From a virus: a stretch of 64,000 nt of DNA. Below the pieces are notes generated by a model, which ran no database searches, was not told where the DNA came from, and saw only the letters and a program-made list of their open reading frames with translations. Both the position numbers and the translations under genes were made by a program. Positions within the stretch are counted from its first letter, which is position 1, and every line of letters begins with the position of its first letter. Positions 56,931 to 64,000 of this stretch are shown here, in pieces. The stretch is from positions 1 through 64,000 of the IMG/VR virus record IMGVR_UViG_3300017917_001030; one strand, given 5' to 3'.

Positions 56931-57138
56931 TATCCCCGGGATGGGAACTAGCAGTCCGAGGTTAAGGCTAGTAAATAATTTCTCGGGCCAATAAACCCTT
57001 ACCTTAGGGCTGTTAGATGTTACAGTAAAAATATCCGTGTAATTACACCTCCGACACGAAAGTTCGGACCAGTATAAGGTAAGCTGGGATTCTATGCCGT
57101 TAGGGTAGAATATTTTTAAACTCGCTTATTTAAGGAGA
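56931..57138 (+). ncRNA. Candidate structured ncRNA / long 5' leader with pseudoknots and kissing loops
   Basis: Longest non-coding gap in the window. At least eight complementary segment pairs found by eye (detailed in findings). Confidence 0.55.
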
Positions 57139-57143
57139 CTATT

Positions 57144-57362
57144 ATGAGCACAATGTACGCAGACATGGCTATTGACGCTGTTCAAAACGCCAAATTAGAA
57201 GTTGTTCGTCATCTTGTTAAGGATGAACAAATCAAGAAACCCCTAGAGCATTTTGTAGAAGCCCAGCGCGTCTATACCAAAGCTGTTACTAAGTCTGTAA
57301 TGGACGTTGCAACAGTTGTAGTTGAGACAACAAATCGCTTCTTTTTCGGTTCTGCAAAATAA
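57144..57362 (+). CDS. Small helical hypothetical protein
   Basis: Strong AAGGAG RBS; 72 aa, amphipathic helical pattern. Confidence 0.65.
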   Translation: MSTMYADMAIDAVQNAKLEVVRHLVKDEQIKKPLEHFVEAQRVYTKAVTKSVMDVATVVVETTNRFFFGSAK

Positions 57363-57374
57363 TAGGAGGTTAAT

Positions 57375-57875
57375 ATGCAATTAGGTAATATTACTTTCGG
57401 TCCTCAATTTAAGGACATGGATAAGTTCTTCGTTGGTTTTGAAGATCAGTTCAACCGTATTGCAAAGATGCATGATGATCTAACAAAGAACATTCCTAAC
57501 TATCCTCCATATAATATTAAGAAAACTGGGGATAACACTTATGTTATAGAATTGGCTGTTGCTGGTTTCGGTAAACAGGATATTGAAATTGAATTGGCTG
57601 ACGGCAAAATGGTTGTTAAGGGTAATATCAGTTCTCAAGAACAAGAAGAAAACTTCTTATTCAAGGGAATCGCAAACAGAGCATTTACTCGTACGTTTGC
57701 TCTTGACGATCATATTGAAGTTAAAAACGCCGAGATGTTCAATGGTATGCTAAAAGTGTTTTTGGAAAAGATTATTCCTGAGCACAAGAAGCCAAAGAAG
57801 ATCGAGGTTACAGATAAATCTGAAGGTACTTCTAAAAGAAAGCAGCAATTGCTGACAGAAGAATCTAAGGATTAA
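57375..57875 (+). CDS. Small heat-shock protein Hsp20 (IbpA-like)
   Basis: NYPPYNI, IELAVAGF, FLFKGIANRAFTRTF.L, NGML...L...IPE.KKP. Confidence 0.93.
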   Translation: MQLGNITFGPQFKDMDKFFVGFEDQFNRIAKMHDDLTKNIPNYPPYNIKKTGDNTYVIELAVAGFGKQDIEIELADGKMVVKGNISSQEQEENFLFKGIANRAFTRTFALDDHIEVKNAEMFNGMLKVFLEKIIPEHKKPKKIEVTDKSEGTSKRKQQLLTEESKD

Positions 57876-57881
57876 ACAAAA

Positions 57882-57901
57882 GAAGAGGGGCGACCCTCTT
57901 C
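57882..57901 (+). terminator. GNRA-capped hairpin after hsp20 (terminator or stability element)
   Basis: GAAGAGGG-GCGA-CCCTCTTC; the U-tract is weak on the + strand. Confidence 0.55.
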
Positions 57902-57920
57902 GTCATTATGGGATTGACAT

Positions 57921-58202
57921 ATGAATATAAAGTTGTTACAATTTACGAATGGTGATGTTATTATAGGGGAGTATAATTATGATGTTGTTAAAAATCCCTT
58001 TTTGTTAACATATCATGTCCATAAAGAGGAAGATGGTCCTGTTCTATCAATGGTGCCCTATGCGTTATTTGCAGTAAATCATAGTATAAATGTTAACCCC
58101 AGTAACGTGATATGGAAAGCAGACCCTAATATTTACATGATAGAGGATTATAAAGTAGCAGTAGATCGTGTACATAATCCCCCTAGTGAGACTACAGAAT
58201 GA
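57921..58202 (+). CDS. Hypothetical Sm-like protein
   Basis: IKLLQFTNGDVIIG...VKNPF...PY pattern, common after hsp20 in T4-likes. Confidence 0.55.
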   Translation: MNIKLLQFTNGDVIIGEYNYDVVKNPFLLTYHVHKEEDGPVLSMVPYALFAVNHSINVNPSNVIWKADPNIYMIEDYKVAVDRVHNPPSETTE

Positions 58203-58498
58203 AAAAGAATGCTCCTGGACCAGTAATTTATCTTGACCCTAAAACAGGTCAGCCTGTATGTGATTCAGTAAAGTGTAAAGATAAATTCAATACAAGAAAA
58301 TATGATGTTAAAGAAACAAATTATAAATGGTCAGGTGGCCCAGTAACACATAAATTTTATTATTCGTTATGTGATGAATGTGGAAGGCAAAATATCACAA
58401 ATAAAGATAAAGCCCTTACAGGACAAAGCTTTAGGCGTGGTACTTTAAACAAAGGCGTAGATCCAGAAATTGAGGTAAATGATGGCAAAGAAAATTAA
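58199..58498 (+). CDS. Hypothetical protein with a possible zinc ribbon
   Basis: CDSVKC...CDECG. Confidence 0.5.
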   Translation: MKKNAPGPVIYLDPKTGQPVCDSVKCKDKFNTRKYDVKETNYKWSGGPVTHKFYYSLCDECGRQNITNKDKALTGQSFRRGTLNKGVDPEIEVNDGKEN

Positions 58499-58601
58499 AT
58501 CAGTTGTTAAACGTTCTAAACAGGGCGGCAACGCAAAGACATCTACAATGTCTAAGACAGAAAAACGATCCTACAAGAAATATCGAGGTCAAGGACGGTA
58601 A
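58482..58601 (+). CDS. 39-aa very basic peptide ending in YRGQGR (not in the ORF track)
   Basis: MAKKIKSVVKRSKQGGNAKTSTMSKTEKRSYKKYRGQGR; GAGG RBS at 58472. Confidence 0.65.
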   Translation: MAKKIKSVVKRSKQGGNAKTSTMSKTEKRSYKKYRGQGR

Positions 58602-58613
58602 TATATAATAAGC

Positions 58614-58688
58614 CGCGGGGTAGCGCAGAAGTAGAGCGCCGGGCTCATAATCCGGAGGTCGGAGGTGCGATTCCTTCCCCCGCAACCA
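58614..58688 (+). tRNA. tRNA-Met(CAT), initiator-like, with encoded CCA
   Basis: Acceptor CGCGGGG/CCCCGCA with a C1:A72 mismatch, D stem GCGC/GCGC, anticodon arm CCGGG-CTCATAA-TCCGG, T arm GGAGG-TGCGATT-CCTTC, ACCA end. Confidence 0.9.
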
Positions 58689-58694
58689 GTTAAA

Positions 58695-59411
58695 ATGAAG
58701 AAAATACTATTTACCCTTTTGGCGTTGTTCTATATGAGCAACGCCTTTTCTTTTAAGGTTACCGCTGAGAGTTGGCTTGTGGCTGACGGCGACGGTAAGA
58801 TTATTCAGAGCGAAAACGCAACTGAAGTGAGAGCCATTGCCAGTATAACTAAGCTTATGAATGCTATAGTTGTATTAGATGCAGAATTACCATTAGAAGA
58901 AAAGATTGGGCAGTTCACACGATTACAGTTGTTACAAATGTCGTTAGTACATTCAGATAACAATGCCGCGAAAAAGTTATGCGAAAGTTATCCTGGTGGC
59001 AATTATGCTTGTATTCGAGACATGAATAGAAAAGCACAAGCGTTAGGTATGGAAGATACTAAGTTTGTAGAAGCATCTGGACTAAGCCATATGAATGTTA
59101 GTACAGGGCAAGACTTAGTTAAATTAGTTCTAGCTGCTAAAGAATATCCGCTTATTGTAGAAGCGTCAAGAACATCGCAAATAAAAATCAAGACAAAGAA
59201 AAGTCTTCTTGTCTATAATAATACCAATCCTATAATTGGTAAAAGACATGAAGACTTTCTTGTTAGCAAAACTGGTTATAATAGAGCATCAGGTGGCAGT
59301 ATAGTTATGATGCTCGCAAAATCTAATGAACAACGAATTGTTGTGGTTCTTGGTAGTAAGACTACGAGAACTCGTATCCCAGAAGCAGAATTTATTGCGG
59401 CTGCCTATTAA
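58695..59411 (+). CDS. D-alanyl-D-alanine carboxy/endopeptidase (peptidase S11, PBP7-like) with a signal peptide
   Basis: SxxK (ASITK), SxN (SDN) and KTG motifs; N-terminal MKKILFTLLALFYMSNAFS. Confidence 0.88.
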   Translation: MKKILFTLLALFYMSNAFSFKVTAESWLVADGDGKIIQSENATEVRAIASITKLMNAIVVLDAELPLEEKIGQFTRLQLLQMSLVHSDNNAAKKLCESYPGGNYACIRDMNRKAQALGMEDTKFVEASGLSHMNVSTGQDLVKLVLAAKEYPLIVEASRTSQIKIKTKKSLLVYNNTNPIIGKRHEDFLVSKTGYNRASGGSIVMMLAKSNEQRIVVVLGSKTTRTRIPEAEFIAAAY

Positions 59412-60105
59412 GTTTTAATAGATGTAGTTTCTCAAAGAGCTTGATATACATCCACCCTATATCAATCTCAAACCAGCGCTTACTCAATCTAGAATTGCCT
59501 GGTTCTACGTGATGGTTATTGTGAAGTTCCTCACCACCAATAAGAATACCAAAAGGTATAATATTCCTTGAACTATCTTTAGTATCCTTATTACGGTACC
59601 CCAACCAGTGTCCGACTCCATTTATAACTCCTGCTGCCCAGAACGGTATCCAAGCTATTTGTACTAACCATACCAATAGTCCAATTGGTCCGAACAATAA
59701 TAAGTCGATGGCTAATAAACAATAAACGCCTAGCTTAGAATACTTACTGTATAGATTTTTCTCAAGCCAATCGTCAGGTGTACCTACACCATATGCATTG
59801 ACCATATCTTTATCTTTACTTGCTTTGGTATAAAGCAAAACACCTTTAAGTAAAACTGTCCAGTTGCCAAATACTTTTGGGCTATGTGGGTCGCCTTCAA
59901 CGTCTGTAAATCTATGGTGTTTACGATGTATGGCGACCCATTCTTTTGTAACCATTCCAGTAGTTAACCAAAGCCAGAATCGCATAAAGTGGGATAAAGC
60001 AGAACTAAACTCTATTCCTTTATGTGCCTGGCCTCGGTGTAAAAATACTGTTACGCAAATAATTGTTATGTGTGTAGTTATGAGTGTGTATAAAAGTTCT
60101 AGCAT
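59392..60105 (-). CDS. Membrane fatty-acid (acyl-CoA delta-9-like) desaturase
   Basis: His boxes HRGQAH, HRKHH, HNNHH; DPHSP; WFEIDIGW. Confidence 0.92.
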   Translation of the reverse strand: MLELLYTLITTHITIICVTVFLHRGQAHKGIEFSSALSHFMRFWLWLTTGMVTKEWVAIHRKHHRFTDVEGDPHSPKVFGNWTVLLKGVLLYTKASKDKDMVNAYGVGTPDDWLEKNLYSKYSKLGVYCLLAIDLLLFGPIGLLVWLVQIAWIPFWAAGVINGVGHWLGYRNKDTKDSSRNIIPFGILIGGEELHNNHHVEPGNSRLSKRWFEIDIGWMYIKLFEKLHLLKLNRQPQ

Positions 60106-60106
60106 C

Positions 60107-60667
60107 TTAGTCTAACATTTTAGGAACTTGTCCAGGTTCTAGACCAAGATCTTCCTGTGGTTCTATTTGTATCTGTCCCAATCTACCAGGAGTTTGTTGC
60201 AGCCCCTGTACCGGTTGATTAAATGTCGGCGGGGTAAATGAAGGTGCCGCTGATTGATACATCTGCATTGGTTGTGGTCTAGGTGCCATAGGAGGCGCCA
60301 TGGGTGGAGCCATAGAAGGCACTGGCGGTGTAGGGCTTGCTAATCTATTACCGTTATTCATTTGCATACCGGCCATAGCTGCTTCTTTACCTGTACCCGC
60401 AAGCATTATACCTGATAATGTACCACATAGGAATGTAGCTACAGGAATAATTAGTTCAAAGAACTTTGAATCTATTGGGCTGATTGCGCCGAGAGGTTGT
60501 GTCACAAAAATAATAGAATAAAGAACAACAAACACGATACCTATAAGTGTTACGGCTAAGCAACCACCTATGAATACCTTTAAACGAACCATCAGTTCTT
60601 CAGATGTGTATCTTTCTCCAGGCTTGCTAGAATGTTCTATCGGCTTTTTGTCATCTGTCATTTGCAA
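60107..60667 (-). CDS. Two-TM membrane protein with a Pro/Gln-rich tail
   Basis: Two hydrophobic segments followed by PPMAPPMAP repeats. Confidence 0.6.
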   Translation of the reverse strand: MQMTDDKKPIEHSSKPGERYTSEELMVRLKVFIGGCLAVTLIGIVFVVLYSIIFVTQPLGAISPIDSKFFELIIPVATFLCGTLSGIMLAGTGKEAAMAGMQMNNGNRLASPTPPVPSMAPPMAPPMAPRPQPMQMYQSAAPSFTPPTFNQPVQGLQQTPGRLGQIQIEPQEDLGLEPGQVPKMLD

Positions 60668-60873
60668 CCTCCTTGTGGTTGTGTAGTATTATTACGATCT
60701 ACTTTCACTTCAGGTTGCTTTTTAAAAATATACTCAGGGCAATCTTTGTTTACTTCGCAACGAGGAGCTTTGCAGAAATCTTTATCCCAGTTGTCAGGGT
60801 CCTGACAAGGATATCTATAATGTGCTTCGCACCCAACTAACAATAATAAAGATAAAGTTATGAAATATCTCAT
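60658..60873 (-). CDS. Small Cys-rich lipoprotein
   Basis: MRYFITLSLLLLVGC lipobox; YRYPCQDPDNW...C..P.C.....C. Confidence 0.6.
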   Translation of the reverse strand: MRYFITLSLLLLVGCEAHYRYPCQDPDNWDKDFCKAPRCEVNKDCPEYIFKKQPEVKVDRNNTTQPQGGCK

Positions 60874-60889
60874 AAGTATCTCCAATTAA

Positions 60890-61051
60890 TTATTTAACAT
60901 TCTTACGAACATTCTTTTTTCTGTTGTCTTTCCATTCAACACAAACGACTTTAAAACTAGTAAAGTCAATGTATCTCCATTTTACGCATTCTGTGTCGGG
61001 CTTGTCGTATAACGGGCCCTGCAACAAAAAGGACATTATTATTGTCACCAT
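60890..61051 (-). CDS. Small hypothetical protein (53 aa, not in the ORF track)
   Basis: MVTIIMSFLLQGPLYDKPDTECVKWRYIDFTSFKVVCVEWKDNRKKNVRKNVK; fills the gap in the minus-strand operon. Confidence 0.5.
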   Translation of the reverse strand: MVTIIMSFLLQGPLYDKPDTECVKWRYIDFTSFKVVCVEWKDNRKKNVRKNVK

Positions 61052-61536
61052 CTTCCGGCGGTTACACCGATCTGATAAATTAAGTAAACTAAGAAACCAG
61101 CAATAACTAAAACAGCACTTAGTATTGAATACCAGAATGCTTGTTCAATCGCCTCTTTTCTTTTTCTTATTCTTTCTCGTTCTGCTCTTTCTTTTTCTTC
61201 TCTAATTCTTCTTCTAATTAGCACGAACTCATTATAACCTGATAATCCTAGATGTTGTAATTCGCCGTATATAAACATATGACGAATTTCATTTTCCATC
61301 TGAATCAATTTAGATTTTGCTGCAATTAAATGCAACGCCTCTTGTGTATCATTTCCTTCTAAGGACCCACCTGATTTCTTTTCTGCTTTCTTTATGAAAT
61401 CATGCAGGTCGCTTGCGTGCCTTGCCCATTTACCTAACTGACCAAATATATCCTGGGCTTCTTTGCCCATGTCGACAGCTTTTTTAATGCCCGAGTATGC
61501 GGCCGACAATGCGGCGAAGATTGTAATCGGATCCAT
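61045..61536 (-). CDS. Hypothetical protein with a C-terminal TM anchor
   Basis: MDPITIFAA N-terminus, charged coiled coil, C-terminal hydrophobic helix. Confidence 0.65.
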   Translation of the reverse strand: MDPITIFAALSAAYSGIKKAVDMGKEAQDIFGQLGKWARHASDLHDFIKKAEKKSGGSLEGNDTQEALHLIAAKSKLIQMENEIRHMFIYGELQHLGLSGYNEFVLIRRRIREEKERAERERIRKRKEAIEQAFWYSILSAVLVIAGFLVYLIYQIGVTAGRW

Positions 61537-62099
61537 TATTTATTGGCTAGAGGATTATCAATAGCCTTTTGAATTTTGTTATCAGTTTCTCTACGAACAC
61601 GCTCCAATTCAATCGCAACATCTCTTTTTAGCTTATCCATATCGTCACGAGTTTTATCTAAATTAGCACGTAGATCTCTTTGCATTGCCTTTAAGTCTTG
61701 ATCTGTTTCACGCTGTGCTTGTTTAACATAGCGCTCTACCTGCTCTGTCACTGACTCGTTACGACGAATATCGCCTTTTAGATCAGTCTTAATATCTCTG
61801 GTATAGTCAGAAGTCTTTTGGCTATTTTCTTCAATAACCGCAAGACGCTTATCATACTCTGATAAATCTGGCGCTGTATACTCAGCAATCTTTTTCTTCA
61901 TACTCATATAATCTTTGTACGTTTCAAATGCTCCATACAATGCACCTAATGCAGAAGATACGATAGTGAATGCTACCATAAGTTTTGCAGGTGTAAATTC
62001 ATACCCACCTATACTAATAACGGTATCTTTACTAGCATACTTTTTAGCTGCCGCTTCTAATTTGTCTACTTCCTTGTTAAGGTCCTTGCCCTCAGACAT
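61536..62099 (-). CDS. Single-TM coiled-coil protein
   Basis: Likely start MSEGKD (AAGGA RBS); one TM then a long coiled coil ending IDNPLANK. Confidence 0.65.
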   Translation of the reverse strand: MSEGKDLNKEVDKLEAAAKKYASKDTVISIGGYEFTPAKLMVAFTIVSSALGALYGAFETYKDYMSMKKKIAEYTAPDLSEYDKRLAVIEENSQKTSDYTRDIKTDLKGDIRRNESVTEQVERYVKQAQRETDQDLKAMQRDLRANLDKTRDDMDKLKRDVAIELERVRRETDNKIQKAIDNPLANK

Positions 62100-62100
62100 T

Positions 62101-63861
62101 TTAATTCCTTTCGTATTGTTGATTAACCATTTGTTGGTGCAGTATATCGCTACCACCCTGAAGGCCTCTCAAAACACGCACGTTGTCTACGGTTCTCTGA
62201 TTTTTATAAATTTCTTCAGTTTTATAAAACATCCCATCTCTTAATGTAAGATTTGTATATGCGCTGAAACCTGCAGGTATAGTTGCTATGGTAGCAATAT
62301 CTACGCTGCCGGCTGCATCATTGTTCTTCACGTCTTTTTTAACACTATCGCCTGATGTTTGCGTTTGTGTTGTTTCAGCTGGTTTATTTGTTTCTTCTAA
62401 TATTGCCTGTATGTCTCTAGGGATAGTACTTGCAACATAGCTTGTTTCTTTTTGTACTGGATCTTCAAATTTAGGTTGCTCGTATTTTGGAAGCTCCTGA
62501 ATTAAAGAAAGAACATTTTGTTGAGTTGTTTGCGATGGTGTAAACAACGAGTAAATAGATTCTTGTGATCTGTTTAAAATAGATGGTGTATATACTTGCT
62601 CTTGTTTGAATTCGGGTTGGATAAAATCGCCAGGCGCTTTTAATATTCCAACCAATCCATTCTGTAATTGATTTGTAGTTTGTAATCCTAAACCCGCACC
62701 ATTGTTTAGATTTGTTGTTGCGGTTTGTGTTTTGGTTTGTTGTGATTCTGCAATACTAGCAGACGTTAAAGTTTTAGCAACATTTTCAGCGTCTCTTACT
62801 GCAGCACCAGATAAACTACTTGCAGTTTCGTTAGCTTGTTGAACAGCAGAAGATTCAACTGCAGAAATTCTTGACTGTTCGTTTTTTACTATATTCAATA
62901 TTGTATTTAATGAAGGTCCACTTGCTTTAGCGTCTTTATTTGCATCTACAGTCGCAACAGGCTGAGCTGTTGAAGTTGAGGAAGGTGTTCCTGATACTGT
63001 AGCAGATGTGGTTGGAGTTGGACTTGAATTTGTTGGCGCGGTTGAAGTATTTTGTACAGGCTGAGTATTTACTGCAAAATTATCCACTATAATTTGTGTA
63101 GGTGTAACTTCAACCGTAGTAGTAGTCGTTGTGGTTGGACTTGCCAATTTACTTAATGCTTCTAAATAACCAGGGCAAGTTGGACTACTTAATACATCCA
63201 CACTACATGGATCAACCGAATATTTTAAACTAAAACTAATATTGTAAATTTCTGGGCCATATGGACCCGCCCATCCATTGTTATCTCTACCTACAAAACC
63301 ATATTGAACACTGCCTAAGTCTTTTGCTGCATAAGGGGTAGTAAAGTTTTCAGAGTAGTTAAATGATGTCCAATTAAATTTATAGTTTAAATCATAGTTT
63401 TTATTGAATACAGTAGAGCCCTTTGGGTCATAAAAACTAACATAAGCAGTTAAGTAATCTACTCTTGCATCATCCCAGCCATTACCATTCTTTGCGGTAA
63501 AACCAAAATTGTAGCCATTGACTCTTAGACCAGAACCAGAATTAGGAAGTATATTTGCCACTGCCTGCATCTGATACAAATTTGTTAGCCCAAATGAAAA
63601 GTTGATATTATTATCTGGTCTAACGATAGCATTAGGTCCGCAATACCCAGGATTGCCCCAAGTCCAGCAAGTTAAACTATCTTGGTAAACACCATTGACC
63701 CAAGACGACGGCCCACCATAGGGAGTGTTTTGTACTACATTCCCTGTGGTGTATACTTGTGTAGGATCTAAAGCTGTTGCGGTTTGCGAATTAGAAACCG
63801 AATAGCTTGTAGATGCTAGCACCAAGCAAAGCGCCGATACCAATTTTCTTATACGTATCAT
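62101..63861 (-). CDS. Large secreted/periplasmic hypothetical protein
   Basis: Signal peptide; aromatic/Asn-rich beta domain; DPC...SPTCPGY; Thr/Ser/Pro linker. Confidence 0.7.
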   Translation of the reverse strand: MIRIRKLVSALCLVLASTSYSVSNSQTATALDPTQVYTTGNVVQNTPYGGPSSWVNGVYQDSLTCWTWGNPGYCGPNAIVRPDNNINFSFGLTNLYQMQAVANILPNSGSGLRVNGYNFGFTAKNGNGWDDARVDYLTAYVSFYDPKGSTVFNKNYDLNYKFNWTSFNYSENFTTPYAAKDLGSVQYGFVGRDNNGWAGPYGPEIYNISFSLKYSVDPCSVDVLSSPTCPGYLEALSKLASPTTTTTTTVEVTPTQIIVDNFAVNTQPVQNTSTAPTNSSPTPTTSATVSGTPSSTSTAQPVATVDANKDAKASGPSLNTILNIVKNEQSRISAVESSAVQQANETASSLSGAAVRDAENVAKTLTSASIAESQQTKTQTATTNLNNGAGLGLQTTNQLQNGLVGILKAPGDFIQPEFKQEQVYTPSILNRSQESIYSLFTPSQTTQQNVLSLIQELPKYEQPKFEDPVQKETSYVASTIPRDIQAILEETNKPAETTQTQTSGDSVKKDVKNNDAAGSVDIATIATIPAGFSAYTNLTLRDGMFYKTEEIYKNQRTVDNVRVLRGLQGGSDILHQQMVNQQYERN

Positions 63862-64000
63862 CTGACTTAGGTTCGTCTAATTGTGGGATTTTATCTGGAT
63901 TGGAATTCCAGTATGATCTAGCTTGTTCACCTATTTTTCCCTCTACTGGGCAAGGAGTTCCTGCTGCCAACATAGCGTCAAAGACACGACGATCTTGACA
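63791..64000 (-). CDS. Hypothetical protein, truncated by the window end, with a C-terminal TM
   Basis: Frame is open to base 64000: CQDRRVFDAMLAAGTPCP...IGIGALLGASIYKLFGF. Confidence 0.6.
   Translation of the reverse strand, partial: CQDRRVFDAMLAAGTPCPVEGKIGEQARSYWNSNPDKIPQLDEPKSDDTYKKIGIGALLGASIYKLFGF

Noticed and set aside
56990-57090. Hammerhead ribozyme suggested by the CGAAAG segment
   Set aside because: There is no CTGANGA core in the region. GAAA is better read as a tetraloop on a short stem.
58500-58694. ORF 58500-58685 (-) and the upstream extension of the peptidase ORF to 58665
   Set aside because: Both overlap the tRNA and are shadow translations. The peptidase more plausibly starts at ATG 58695 with a signal peptide.
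1-64000. Stop-codon reassignment, introns, inteins or homing endonucleases
   Set aside because: Core genes (gp17, gp18, gp20, gp23, uvsW, gp46, gp44) are intact and of normal length under the standard code. No intein or HNH/GIY-YIG motifs were seen.

Overview
This window is a 64-kb segment of a large, AT-rich T4-like myovirus genome read with the standard genetic code. The host is probably an aquatic proteobacterium, which is an inference from the accessory genes. Layout: (1) 1-17.7 kb is the canonical late virion module (5'-truncated tail fibre, gp13-gp23, gp3) with TATAAATA late promoters. (2) 18.6-21.5 kb holds uvsY, uvsW and the gp55 late sigma factor. (3) 21.5-30.3 kb is a sigma70-driven 7-deazaguanine DNA-modification island: queE, folE, a TGT/DpdA-like transglycosylase, two QueD-like proteins, two GT-B glycosyltransferases, galE and an exonuclease. 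No queC is present in the window, and there are structured RNA leaders before folE and queD, the latter a preQ1-I-like pseudoknot. (4) 30.3-37.4 kb holds gp47/gp46, peptide deformylase and a vWA plus MoxR (CobT/CobS-like) pair. (5) 37.4-53.2 kb is a ~16-kb late-promoter-driven nucleotide-sugar and glycosyltransferase island (colitose/fucose and branched dideoxy-sugar-type enzymes). (6) 53.5-57 kb holds gp45/44/62 and regA. (7) A ~200-nt highly structured non-coding leader is followed by hsp20, an atypical initiator tRNA and a PBP7-like peptidase. (8) The window ends with a minus-strand cluster of a desaturase and membrane/secreted proteins. All calls come from motif and synteny recognition by eye, and no searches were run.
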